From Acidobacteriota bacterium (GTDB lineage Bacteria; Acidobacteriota; UBA890; WLXD01): a stretch of 64,000 nt of DNA. Position numbers and translations under genes: made by a program. Position 1 is the first letter of the stretch. Each line of letters opens with the position of its first letter. Below are positions 47,162 to 60,430 of the stretch, one piece after another. The DNA lies in the NCBI GenBank assembly GCA_963666055.2, contig CAXWPH010000015.1:1888001-1952000 (forward strand), in the 5' to 3' direction. The notes under the pieces are model-generated. The model had not been told where the DNA came from. It made no database searches and saw nothing but the letters and a program-made list of their open reading frames with translations.

Positions 47162-50100
47162 TCAACGCAACACGTCGAGAACCTCGCGCACTGCTGCCAA
47201 GCGTCCCGCTGGGCTGTGGGTAGCCATTGCCACCAGCAGCCCGTCTGGCGGCGAGAGCGTCCAGCTGTGCTCACTTTCCACTTTCTCGATGAGCCGATCT
47301 GTGGAGATCGGCGCGTCTTCCGAGAGGCGTATCAGCACACCATCGCCCTTGCGCTCGACACTCAACACGCCGAGTGCCTCAGCAGCCAGCCGCAGCGAAG
47401 CATAGGCGAAGAGCTGCTCGACTTCGGGCGGTACCGCCCCGTAGCGATCGCGCAGCTCTGCTTGCAACTGCTCCAGCTTGTCCTCGGTACGAGCCGAGGC
47501 CAGGCGCTTGCTCACCATCAAGCGCTGTAATGGGTCTTCGATGTAACCAACGGGTATTTGCAGATCGATGCCGAGGCTCAGTTGAGCGCGATACGCCGGG
47601 GCCACCGGCTCGCCCTTGAGCTCGTGCACGGCCTCCTCGAGCATGCGAGCGTACAGCTCGAAGCCCACCGCCGCGATGTGGCCGTGTTGACGCTCTCCCA
47701 GTAGCGCGCCGGCACCGCGGATCTCGAGGTCCATGGCCGCGAGGCGAAACCCGGATCCGAGGTCAGAGAACTCCTGGATGGCACGCAGCCGCTTCTTCGC
47801 CACCGGTGTCAGCGTGTCGACTGGTGGAACCATCAGATAGGCGTAGGCCCGGCGCGTCGATCGACCGACTCGTCCACGGAGCTGGTAAAGCTGCGCCAAC
47901 CCGAAGGTGTCGGCACGATTCACGATGATGGTATTCGCCATGGGGATGTCGAGGCCGTTCTCGATGATCGCCGTGGTGATCAGCACGTTGGCGCGTCCCT
48001 CGACGAAGTCGAACATGGCGCGTTCGAGCTCTGCCTTGGGCAGCTGCCCGTGCACCACCCGAAACTCTGCCTCGGGAACGAGCTCCCTCAGCGCAGCAGC
48101 GACACGATATATGGATTCGACTCGGTTGTGCACGAAGAACACTTGCCCGCCTCGAGACAGCTCCTCACGGAGTGCGTCGGCGATGATCTCGCGATCGTAG
48201 GGAACGATGTGGGTGGCGATGGCGTAGCGATCCTTCGGCGGCGTCTCGATGACACTGAGGTCACGCACCCCGAGGAGCGACATCTGCAGGGTGCGAGGAA
48301 TCGGCGTGGCGGTCATCGCAAGGACGTCGACGCTGCGCTTGAGGCGCTTGAGCCGCTCCTTCTGTCCGACGCCAAAGCGCTGCTCCTCGTCGACCACCAA
48401 CAAGCCCAGATCCTTGAACTCCACGTCCTTGCCGAGCAGACGGTGGGTGCCCACCGCCACGTCGGCGCGACTGTCGCGAATGGCCTCCACAGTGGCGCGA
48501 ATCTGTGCCGAAGTGCGAAACCTCGACAGCAGCTCCACGCGCACCGGAAACGCGGCGAAACGCGCCTGCAAGGTGCGCCAGTGCTGGTAAGCAAGAATGG
48601 TGGTTGGCGACAGGAACGCCACCTGCTTGCCTTCCATGACGGCCTTGAAAGCGGCGCGCATGGCGACCTCGGTCTTGCCGTAGCCAACGTCGCCACAAAG
48701 GAGCCGGTCCATCACGGTGCTCGACTCCATATCGGCCTTGACGTCGGCAATGGCGGCGAGTTGGTCGCTCGTCTCGTCGTATTCGAAGCTATCCTCGAGC
48801 TCTCGTTGCCAGGCAGTATCGGCTCCGAACGAGTACCCGACCGCCGCCTTGCGCCCCGCGTAGAGCTCGAGCAGGTCACTTGCCAGCTCGCGTAGCGACT
48901 CGCGCACGCGGCTCTTGACCTTGCTCCAGCTGGTGCCGCCTAGCTTGTCGATCTTTGCTCGGACTTCTTCGCCAACGTGGTATTTCTGTACCAGATAGAG
49001 CTGCTCAAGAGGCAGGTACAACCGGTCGCCGGCGCGATACTCGATCTCCATGAACTCCGACGTCGAATCGCCCACGGGAAGCTGACGCACACCGGCGAAG
49101 CGGCCGATGCCGTGATCCTCGTGGATAACGAAATCACCGGGCTGGAGATCGCGGAAGTCACCCCGGAACGCGTCGCCGCGAAAGCGACGGCTTCGCCCCG
49201 GCGGGCGACTGCGACCGAACACCTCCGCGTCGGTGGCGAGCCAGAACCCGATGTCGGTCAGCCGGAACCCGGCGGTCAGCTCGCCGCAGCCAATTCGACA
49301 CGTTCCCGGCGGCAGCGGCGCTGCTTCATCAGACGACGATGTGTGCTCCGGATCGCCCAGCTGCAGCTTTGCAGATACTCCATAGCCTTCGAGAATCTCC
49401 GCCAGGCGTTCGGCCTTGCCGACGTTCGACAGCACGAACGCCACTCGCTCGCCGGCGTCGAGCTCGAGCTTCAGGCTGTGCGCCAGCTCTGCCAACCGAC
49501 CGCGATAACTGGTAACGGTCTGTGCCGTGTGCACAATGCCGTCGCCCACTCCGGATGTGAGCTCCGTAGTCCGTATGCGCATGGCACCAGACTTTCTCGC
49601 CAGCGCCCGCTCCAGGTCGTGCACCAGCTCGTCCGGAAGCGGAGCGTCCTGGCCGGCCGCGAGTGCCTGGTGATAATGCTCGTCGAGATATTCGTGCCAG
49701 CGCTCGGCGTTGCTGTCGATGACCTCCGGCTCGATCTCCGCCCACGCCGGGTCGGGGAGGTAGTCGACCAGAGCCGCCTGCAGCAGAGCGTGATTATGTG
49801 CCACTTCGGCCGGGTGGTCCGCAGCACGGGACGTTGCCGGGGGGAGCTCGAAGTCATCGGCCGAGCGCATCGACCGCTGGTCGCGAGGGTTGAACTCGCG
49901 AATCGACTCGATCTCGTCGCCGAAGAAGTCGAGGCGAACCGGATGTTCCCGCGTCGGCGGGAATATGTCGACGATTCCGCCGCGAACGGCAAACTCCCCC
50001 AACGACTCCACCAGCGTGACGCGCCGATAACCGGAGTCCACCAGATGACCGGCCAGCTTCGCCGGGTCGATCTCGGTCCCTGTGCCGAGCCGCAGCGATC

Positions 50101-50518
50101 TCTCGCGAAAGCGTTCGGGCGACTGAATACGCTCCATCCAGCAGCGCACCGGTGCGAGAAGGATGTCGACGCGACCGCGGCTGCATCGGTGGAGCGTTTG
50201 GAGCCGCTCGCGCACAATGTCGTCGTGCGGCGGCACGGCGCCGTACGGATTGACCTCGAGCGGCGGAAACGCGACCACCGTGCCGGCTCGACGCTCATGA
50301 AAGCGACGCAGGTCGAGGAGCACCAACTCCAGGTCGAGATCCGCAGGAACGACGACTGCCAGGGTACGCGACGCGGTGATCTGGACCTCGCTCAACACCG
50401 CCGCCAGGTGGCTGCCGCTCAACCCCTCGAGGCGCACGTCTCCCCCGGTGCGCACCGCTGCCAAGGTGGCACCCATCGCGGGACGCTCCCGCAGTGTGGC
50501 GAGAATGGCGTCGAGCAT
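47162..50518 (-). CDS. mfd: transcription-repair coupling factor Mfd
   Basis: GEFAVRGGIVDIF, HEDHGIGRF, CGDVGYGKTEVA, DEEQRFG, TATPIPRTL, QLRGRVGR, DLEIRGAG, TRCF domain. Confidence 0.98.
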   Translation of the reverse strand: MLDAILATLRERPAMGATLAAVRTGGDVRLEGLSGSHLAAVLSEVQITASRTLAVVVPADLDLELVLLDLRRFHERRAGTVVAFPPLEVNPYGAVPPHDDIVRERLQTLHRCSRGRVDILLAPVRCWMERIQSPERFRERSLRLGTGTEIDPAKLAGHLVDSGYRRVTLVESLGEFAVRGGIVDIFPPTREHPVRLDFFGDEIESIREFNPRDQRSMRSADDFELPPATSRAADHPAEVAHNHALLQAALVDYLPDPAWAEIEPEVIDSNAERWHEYLDEHYHQALAAGQDAPLPDELVHDLERALARKSGAMRIRTTELTSGVGDGIVHTAQTVTSYRGRLAELAHSLKLELDAGERVAFVLSNVGKAERLAEILEGYGVSAKLQLGDPEHTSSSDEAAPLPPGTCRIGCGELTAGFRLTDIGFWLATDAEVFGRSRPPGRSRRFRGDAFRGDFRDLQPGDFVIHEDHGIGRFAGVRQLPVGDSTSEFMEIEYRAGDRLYLPLEQLYLVQKYHVGEEVRAKIDKLGGTSWSKVKSRVRESLRELASDLLELYAGRKAAVGYSFGADTAWQRELEDSFEYDETSDQLAAIADVKADMESSTVMDRLLCGDVGYGKTEVAMRAAFKAVMEGKQVAFLSPTTILAYQHWRTLQARFAAFPVRVELLSRFRTSAQIRATVEAIRDSRADVAVGTHRLLGKDVEFKDLGLLVVDEEQRFGVGQKERLKRLKRSVDVLAMTATPIPRTLQMSLLGVRDLSVIETPPKDRYAIATHIVPYDREIIADALREELSRGGQVFFVHNRVESIYRVAAALRELVPEAEFRVVHGQLPKAELERAMFDFVEGRANVLITTAIIENGLDIPMANTIIVNRADTFGLAQLYQLRGRVGRSTRRAYAYLMVPPVDTLTPVAKKRLRAIQEFSDLGSGFRLAAMDLEIRGAGALLGERQHGHIAAVGFELYARMLEEAVHELKGEPVAPAYRAQLSLGIDLQIPVGYIEDPLQRLMVSKRLASARTEDKLEQLQAELRDRYGAVPPEVEQLFAYASLRLAAEALGVLSVERKGDGVLIRLSEDAPISTDRLIEKVESEHSWTLSPPDGLLVAMATHSPAGRLAAVREVLDVLR

Positions 50519-50592
50519 TGCGTAACGAACCGTCGAGCGCGTATCTGCCGAAGGGATACCGCAGCCGTCAAGTCTTCCGGCGCGCGGCCGGC

Positions 50593-51096
50593 CTATTCGG
50601 CCGGCGTCAACGGTACAGCACGGATACGTGCGACGATGTCCGTGGTGGAACAGCCTGGCACTAGTTCGAGAAACACGACTTCGCCGCCGACCGCCCGCGC
50701 GGCTTCCGCTTCGGGCATTTCCCGGTTCCGCCAATCAGCCCCTTTGGCGTAGACGTCTGGGCGTAGGCTGGTGATCAGTTCGGCCGCCGTGTCTCCATCA
50801 AACGGCACGACATGGTCGACCCACCGAATCGCACGAAGAAGCTCCAACCGCTCCGAAAGGGGCACGAAGGGACGATCTGCGCCCTTCAGGTGTCGGACCG
50901 ACTGGTCACTGTTAACGCCAACGACGAGGCAGTCGCCGAGCGCCCGTGCTTGCCGTAAACCTTCGAGATGTCCGGCGTGCAGCAGGTCGAAGCAGCCGTT
51001 GGTGAAGACGATGCGCTCGCCGCATTCGCGGTGCCGCACCAGGGCCGCGGCGACATCCGAGCCGCCGTCCGAGCTGCCGCCCGAACGCTTAGCCAC
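50593..51096 (-). CDS. cytidylyltransferase-family nucleotidyltransferase, HldC/RfaE2-type (ADP-heptose synthase domain II)
   Basis: VFTNGCFDLLHAGH, VGVNSDQSV..LKGADRP, PDVYAKGADW, STTDIV. Confidence 0.88.
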   Translation of the reverse strand: MAKRSGGSSDGGSDVAAALVRHRECGERIVFTNGCFDLLHAGHLEGLRQARALGDCLVVGVNSDQSVRHLKGADRPFVPLSERLELLRAIRWVDHVVPFDGDTAAELITSLRPDVYAKGADWRNREMPEAEAARAVGGEVVFLELVPGCSTTDIVARIRAVPLTPAE

Positions 51097-52486
51097 CGTC
51101 GTCCGGGGCTGCTGTGCGCTGATCGATCCCGCCCAGGACCTTCCAGCGCACGCCGCCATCGAACTCCCACGCATGCGGCAATCGCGCTACCCCGACATCG
51201 CCGATGTCGGAGTTGAGGCGGAACGAGTACAGGCCGCGATGATAGTCGTAAGGATTGCCGTCGCGCCGGTGAATGGCGACGTCGAGGTAGTAGTTGCCCG
51301 CCACCAGGTTTATCGCCGGCATGCGTACCCGAATCGTTCCGGAGCCACGCAGCTCGGTCGGCTGGAACCGCTCGATATCGGTGTTGGTGCCGTAGCAGGA
51401 GACGCCGTTGGCGTTGAAAATACCGATCCCGAAAACGAAGTCCCCGACAGGCTTCTCAGCACGATACGCGATCTCTATGGTCATCGCGTCGCCGGTGGAA
51501 AACACGTGTCCGGCATCGTCGCCGGCATCGAGAAACCGGACTTGCTCGATCTGTACTTCGCCACTGCCCCATCGGCCGGATTCATAGGGGGCCTCCACCG
51601 AGGCATCGGCCTGTTCCGGGATGCCGGCGTCGTCGGCCAGTGGGTTGTCGCCTGGCACGGTCGCGGCGATCCGCTTACGCTCGGCGCGCGTAATCTCGCT
51701 CTCTTCCTGCGCCGCCACCCAATCGAGGTACTGGTCGACCACCCGCACCGGATCGCCGATGGCCGCAACGGTACCGTGGTTGATCCAGGCGGCACGGTCA
51801 CACAGTTGCCGTATCGTCTCCATGCCGTGCGTCACCAACAGAATCGTCTTGCCGCGGCGCTTGAACCCGCCGATCTTGTCAAGGCACTTGTGGACAAACG
51901 CTTCGTCGCCAACCGCCAAGACCTCGTCGATGACGAGAATATCCGGGTCCACGTGGATGGCCACCGAGAAGCCGAGTCGCATGTACATTCCCGACGAGTA
52001 ATTCTTAACCGGCGTGTCGATGAACTCCTCGAGCTCAGCGAACGCGACGATCTCTTCGAAACGCTCCGCGATCTCGCGCCGCGACAGCCCCAGCATGATG
52101 CCGTTGATATAGACGTTCTCGCGTCCCGAGATCTCTGGGTGAAATCCAGCACCGAGCTCGATCAGCGCCGAGATCCTGCCGTCGATCGCGACCCGCCCTT
52201 CGGTGGGCCTGGTGGTGCCGGCGACGATCTTCATGAGAGTGCTCTTACCGGCGCCGTTGGCTCCGATCACGCCGAAAGTCTCGCCGTGAGCGACCTCGAA
52301 GCTGACGCTCTCGAGCGCGGTGAACACCTCGTCCGGCCGCAGGAGCTTGAAGAGGTTGCGGCCCACGAAGGCGCTCTTGAGGGTAAGAAACCTGTGGGAC
52401 TGGGCGATGCGCCGATAGCGTTTGGTAACGTCGACGACACGTATCGCCGGCTCCTTCACTTTGCCGGCAGACGAGACTGGACTCAT
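51089..52486 (-). CDS. wzt: polysaccharide ABC exporter ATPase Wzt with C-terminal carbohydrate-binding domain
   Basis: GANGAGKSTL, LIELGAGFHPE, YSSGMYMRLGF, IDEVLAVGD; Wzt_C (RWGSGEVQI..). Confidence 0.93.
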   Translation of the reverse strand: MSPVSSAGKVKEPAIRVVDVTKRYRRIAQSHRFLTLKSAFVGRNLFKLLRPDEVFTALESVSFEVAHGETFGVIGANGAGKSTLMKIVAGTTRPTEGRVAIDGRISALIELGAGFHPEISGRENVYINGIMLGLSRREIAERFEEIVAFAELEEFIDTPVKNYSSGMYMRLGFSVAIHVDPDILVIDEVLAVGDEAFVHKCLDKIGGFKRRGKTILLVTHGMETIRQLCDRAAWINHGTVAAIGDPVRVVDQYLDWVAAQEESEITRAERKRIAATVPGDNPLADDAGIPEQADASVEAPYESGRWGSGEVQIEQVRFLDAGDDAGHVFSTGDAMTIEIAYRAEKPVGDFVFGIGIFNANGVSCYGTNTDIERFQPTELRGSGTIRVRMPAINLVAGNYYLDVAIHRRDGNPYDYHRGLYSFRLNSDIGDVGVARLPHAWEFDGGVRWKVLGGIDQRTAAPDDGG

Positions 52487-52487
52487 C

Positions 52488-53294
52488 TCAGACCTCCTCG
52501 GCAAAGGAGTCGCGCAGTCGGTCGAAGAAATTGTACGCGGCGATGAAGAGGACGGCGGATAACACCGCCGTCAAGCCCAGTCGACGCCAATGAATCATCT
52601 CGCCAGAGAAGATGGCAGTGTGGTAGCCCTCGATGATGTGCGTCATCGGGTTGAGCTGCAGAACGAGCGGTGCCCATCCGCCCGGGTCATTCTGTTCGGC
52701 CAGGGTCAACGGGTAGATCACCGGTGACCCGAAGAACCACAGCGTCAGAATGTTCGCCAATAAGTCACGCACATCACGGTAATGCACGGTCAGCGCCGAA
52801 AGAAACAACGCGAATGCAAGCGTGAACAACATCTGGACCATGAACACCGCTGGGAACCAAAGCGCATGCAGGCTGACGCTCTGCGGTTTGAAGATGAGCC
52901 AGAACACTACGTAGATGGGCAGACCCAGCAGGAAGTTGACAGCGTTCGATAGCACGCTGACCACCGGCAACACCTCGGCCGGGAAAATGATCTTCTTGAT
53001 CAGGCTACCGCCCGTTAGCAGCGAACTGGCGGACTCGGCGAGCGCCCCGGAGAACCACGTCCACGGCAACAGACCACAGAACAGATAGAGTGCGTACGGG
53101 TCGGTTCCCTCTCCACGCATGGGCGTGAGCACATACGTGAACACGAACGTGTACACACCCAGGAGCAGCAGAGGGTTGATGAACGACCACAAGAATCCGA
53201 GCATCGACCCGCGGTACCGGGCTTTCAGCTCGCGGACCACCAGTGTCTGCACCAGTACGCGGTGCTGCCACAGGCGCCCCAATGCATGCCACAT
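52488..53294 (-). CDS. wzm: polysaccharide ABC exporter permease Wzm
   Basis: RELKARYRGSMLGFLWSFINPL, LIKKIIFP, YRDV, SPVIYP, LNPMT, FAEEV. Confidence 0.94.
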   Translation of the reverse strand: MWHALGRLWQHRVLVQTLVVRELKARYRGSMLGFLWSFINPLLLLGVYTFVFTYVLTPMRGEGTDPYALYLFCGLLPWTWFSGALAESASSLLTGGSLIKKIIFPAEVLPVVSVLSNAVNFLLGLPIYVVFWLIFKPQSVSLHALWFPAVFMVQMLFTLAFALFLSALTVHYRDVRDLLANILTLWFFGSPVIYPLTLAEQNDPGGWAPLVLQLNPMTHIIEGYHTAIFSGEMIHWRRLGLTAVLSAVLFIAAYNFFDRLRDSFAEEV

Positions 53295-53322
53295 GCGATT
53301 GTGTCCGGTGGGAACGGGGTTC

Positions 53323-53347
53323 TAGCAGGCCGTGGTGGAAGTGTGGC
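53323..53347 (+). repeat. dispersed repeat TAGCAGGCCGTGGTGGAAGTGTGGC
   Basis: 25/25 identical to the reverse complement of 43353-43377. Confidence 0.85.
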
Positions 53348-53398
53348 CGGAGGGGCGGCACACGACTGGGCACAGCTTGCGCCGTCCGTTGATGGTAG

Positions 53399-54529
53399 CT
53401 ACTCGAGCGCTACCGCAACGCCGCCGCGCATCTCGTACATGCGGTGGAACTTGCGCACGTCGCCGTTGTCGTCGAAATCCGTCGCCCCGGTAACCCCCGG
53501 GTAGGGGTTCATCTCATTCAGGTAAAACCTCAGCTCCTGAGGATCGATCCCGGCTTCCCGAATTGCCAACGCGAGGATGTTCATTGCGTCGTAACCGTGC
53601 GCCGCATACGCGTCGGGTGTCAGTCGGTACTGCGCGTCGAACGCGGCTACGAACTGACGCACGTTCTCGTCGGAGCTCACCGGATCCCACGATGGCAACG
53701 GGAACCGGAGCCCCTCGACGGTGGGCAGATCGGCTTCCTGCAACTCAGCTGGCAAGAAAGCGCCGGTAGCGAACAGGGCGGCGTCGCTGCCTGCGTCGCG
53801 CAGCGCCCGCGCCACCGCGACGGTGTCGGCCGTATACCCGCCAATGTAAATGGCGGGCGGGTCCACGGACTCGATCGATTGCGCGAGCCGCGCATAGTCC
53901 TCGGAGGTGGCCGTAGCCGGATAGCTCTCCTGGGCGATCTCGCGCCCTCCCAGGGTCCGGAACCGCCGGATGAACGAGGTCTTGTGTCCGAGGCCGAACT
54001 CAGTCTGCTGGGCAATTACCGCAGCCTCACGCAAGCCGATCTTGTTGAAGATGTGGTCGGCAGTGTTCAGCGCCTCGAGGTCGTCGCTCGGGTAGTTACG
54101 ATAGATGAAATCGCCCGCATCACTGAGCTTGGGCGCCGAGGACGATGGCGACATGAGAACTACGCTCGCCTCCTGGAACAGCGGCGCGATCGCCAACGTT
54201 ACATCGCTGACATCCGCTCCGATCGCGGCGACGACACCGCTGTCGATGATCTCTCGCGCCACTTGAACGCCGACCACACGATCGCTCTGGACGTCGCGGG
54301 TGATCAACGTGATCGGCTTCTGGCCGCCCTCGAAGATCTGCATGCCGCCAGCGGCGTTGATCTCGCTGACCGCCAGATCGACACCGCGCTGAATCGAGTT
54401 GCCATAGGGTGCGCCCGATCCCGAAAGAGAGAGAATGACGCCGATTTTGACGTCCGGGCTCTCTTCAGCACACGCGACGCTACCGGCGGCTAGCAACACG
54501 ATTGCCGCCGTGATCGAGATACGTTTCAT
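53399..54529 (-). CDS. type I periplasmic binding protein (LivJ/LivK-like), lipoprotein
   Basis: SVA-C lipobox; KIGVILSLSG, EINAAGG, AAHGYDA, GVTGATDFDDNGD; GGAGG RBS. Confidence 0.88.
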   Translation of the reverse strand: MKRISITAAIVLLAAGSVACAEESPDVKIGVILSLSGSGAPYGNSIQRGVDLAVSEINAAGGMQIFEGGQKPITLITRDVQSDRVVGVQVAREIIDSGVVAAIGADVSDVTLAIAPLFQEASVVLMSPSSSAPKLSDAGDFIYRNYPSDDLEALNTADHIFNKIGLREAAVIAQQTEFGLGHKTSFIRRFRTLGGREIAQESYPATATSEDYARLAQSIESVDPPAIYIGGYTADTVAVARALRDAGSDAALFATGAFLPAELQEADLPTVEGLRFPLPSWDPVSSDENVRQFVAAFDAQYRLTPDAYAAHGYDAMNILALAIREAGIDPQELRFYLNEMNPYPGVTGATDFDDNGDVRKFHRMYEMRGGVAVALE

Positions 54530-54545
54530 GCTGGACCTCCTGCGT

Positions 54546-55025
54546 TCAGTCTACCGCCGAGCGCTCGCCAGGTATCGGCATCTCGGTCGTCTCGATGGCG
54601 CTCCGAGTCGGCTTGATACCTCGCGCTTTGGCAACGTGCAACCGGGTAAGCGAGCGCTCGAGAGCGAAGCCTGCACGCCGCGAATCTGTTTCTTCGTCTG
54701 GCGTCGCAAGTCGTGCCTGGGCGCGCTGCACCGCCGCTTCAGCACGCGCGATATCGATTTCCTGTGCCTCCTCAGCGGTCTGCGCCAACACGCTGACGCC
54801 GAGGGGACCGACCTCTGCGAAGCCGCCCGCCACCGCCAACAGACCGTCCTGGCCGGTTGCGGTGACATACCGCAGCTCGCCTACCCCCAGCGCTGTCATG
54901 TACCGGGCGTGGCGTGGAAGGACGCCGAACTCACCGTCGATACCGGGAGCAGTGAGCTCGACGACGTCTTCGTCGACAACCGCACCTTGCGGGGTTACCA
55001 CCTCGAGATGAAAACGCTCAGCCAT
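54546..55025 (-). CDS. atpC: ATP synthase F1 epsilon
   Basis: LEVVTP, GEFGVLPRH, GGFAEV, IDIARA. Confidence 0.96.
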   Translation of the reverse strand: MAERFHLEVVTPQGAVVDEDVVELTAPGIDGEFGVLPRHARYMTALGVGELRYVTATGQDGLLAVAGGFAEVGPLGVSVLAQTAEEAQEIDIARAEAAVQRAQARLATPDEETDSRRAGFALERSLTRLHVAKARGIKPTRSAIETTEMPIPGERSAVD

Positions 55026-55043
55026 CGATTCTAACCCGCAACA

Positions 55044-56513
<1,470 letters not shown>

Positions 56514-57530
56514 TCAGCGGAGCGCTTCCGCGCCGCCGACCACCTCGAGAATCTCGGTGGTGATCGCTTCCTGTCGTAGTTTGTTCATGGTCAGTGTCAA
56601 ATCCGCAATCAACTCTTCGGCGTTCTTGGTGGCATTGTCCATAGCCACCATGCGCGCCGCGTGCTCGGCAGCGGTCGACTCGAGCAGCGCCTGATAGACC
56701 TGCGTCTCGACGAAACGCGGCAGGATCTCCTCGAGAATCGCGCCGACGCTGGGCTCGTAAATGTAGTCGGCGATCTCTACCGGCGGGCCGCCCGTGGCAT
56801 CCGACTCGCGGGCTTCCGCGGTGGCCTCGTCCAAAGCCGAGGCTGCTGCACCGATAGCTCCGAAGCCCTCGGTGACCTCACCGACCGCGCGCGCCGCCGC
56901 ATAGGCGCGCGACGCTTCACGGAAGCTCACAGCATCGGGTGTCTCGAACGGCAGGTCGCGCACCGGCAACAGTTGCTCGACAATCAGCCGCTGCCTGAGC
57001 ACCGACACGAACTCGTTGTAGATCAGATAGACGGCGTCGGTGGCCTTGCGCTCGTATGCCTCGATCAGGTACGCGGCGAGCGCTGCCGCGCGCGTATGGC
57101 TGAGCCTCTTGAGCAGCTCGTCATCTGCCTTCTCAACCTCCCACTCACCGCGACGGAAATGATCCCATCCCTTACCGCCAGCGGTAACGATCGTAACGGC
57201 TCGATCCTGCCAGACATCGAGCGCCCGACGCGAATAGCGCAGCACGTTGTTGTTGAAGCCGCCGCACAGACCACGGTCGGAAGTCACCACCACCACAGTC
57301 ACGTGCTCTTCCGGGCGCTCCACTAGCAGCGGGTGCTCGACGCTGTCGTCGCCTACCTGCGCGAGCCCCCCGAGCACCTCCCACATCTTGTCGCTGTAGG
57401 GGCGTGCCGCCAACATCGCGTCCTGTGCGCGGCGCAGCTTGGCTCCCGATACGAGCTTCATCGCGCGCGTAATCTGGCACATGTTCTTGACCGACCGCAC
57501 CCGGCGGCGGAGCTCGAGCAGTGTCGCCAT
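56514..57530 (-). CDS. atpG: ATP synthase F1 gamma (with large insertion)
   Basis: ITRAMKLVS, SDRGLCGGFN, EHAARMVAMDNATKNA, RQEAITTEILE. Confidence 0.98.
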   Translation of the reverse strand: MATLLELRRRVRSVKNMCQITRAMKLVSGAKLRRAQDAMLAARPYSDKMWEVLGGLAQVGDDSVEHPLLVERPEEHVTVVVVTSDRGLCGGFNNNVLRYSRRALDVWQDRAVTIVTAGGKGWDHFRRGEWEVEKADDELLKRLSHTRAAALAAYLIEAYERKATDAVYLIYNEFVSVLRQRLIVEQLLPVRDLPFETPDAVSFREASRAYAAARAVGEVTEGFGAIGAAASALDEATAEARESDATGGPPVEIADYIYEPSVGAILEEILPRFVETQVYQALLESTAAEHAARMVAMDNATKNAEELIADLTLTMNKLRQEAITTEILEVVGGAEALR

Positions 57531-57536
57531 CTTCGC

Positions 57537-59656
<2,120 letters not shown>

Positions 59657-59689
59657 CGCGTCAGGGTTTTTCGGCCGCGCAAGTGCGCG

Positions 59690-60430
59690 TCACGATACCG
59701 TTGCTCCCAGGCTGTCGAGGTGCTCGCGTACCAGCCGCCTTTGGTCCTCGGCGCTAAAGTTGTCCTGCAGAATTCGCTTGGCGATCGAGACTGCCAGATC
59801 GGCAACATGCGCCTGAAGAGCTCGGCGCGACCGCGCTATCTCCGCGTCGAGGTCGCGGCCGGCGGTGGCGCGAATAACCTCGGCGTCAGCGCTGACCTCG
59901 GCGATCAGGCGATCCTGGTCACGCGCCGCGCTCTCCCGGGCCTCGGTCAACAAAGCTGCCGCCTCCTGCTCAACGCGCTCCAAGCGATCCGCCGACTCAG
60001 CCAGTCGCGACCGTGCGGTCTCCTGCTGTTGTTGTGCCAGATCACGGGCCTCGACCAGCTGCTGGAAGCGTGTTCCGAGGACTTCGCGCAGTCCATCGAA
60101 CTCGAAGTTCTCGCGAACGAACGGCGGCGCGACGACGAGCACCCAGTAAAGCAGGATCATCAGCAGCACGAAGTTGGTCCACTTCATCGCGTATTCGAGC
60201 CAGCTAGGTCCGGCGTGCTCGGTGGTTTCCTGCTCCCCGTGTTCTTGAGCGCCCGCGTGTTCCTGATAGACGGCTACTTCGCCAGCGGCAGCGTTGCCCT
60301 CGGCAGGCTGCGACGACGACAGCGGCGCCTGCGCCCCGGCTGCCAACGAAGCGTTGGCGCCGCTGAGCATCACCACGAGGGCCATGCCGGCAACACAGCT
60401 CGAGAGCTTGAGGGTCTTGGCGTTGATCAA
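59690..60430 (-). CDS. atpF: ATP synthase F0 subunit b with N-terminal extension
   Basis: KWTNFVLL TM, long coiled coil, AVSIAKRIL..DQRRLV; upstream of atpH. Confidence 0.85.
   Translation of the reverse strand: MINAKTLKLSSCVAGMALVVMLSGANASLAAGAQAPLSSSQPAEGNAAAGEVAVYQEHAGAQEHGEQETTEHAGPSWLEYAMKWTNFVLLMILLYWVLVVAPPFVRENFEFDGLREVLGTRFQQLVEARDLAQQQQETARSRLAESADRLERVEQEAAALLTEARESAARDQDRLIAEVSADAEVIRATAGRDLDAEIARSRRALQAHVADLAVSIAKRILQDNFSAEDQRRLVREHLDSLGATVS

Noticed and set aside
48977-52546. two 591-aa plus-strand ORFs
   Set aside because: Antisense to mfd, hldC and wzt; shadow-frame composition.
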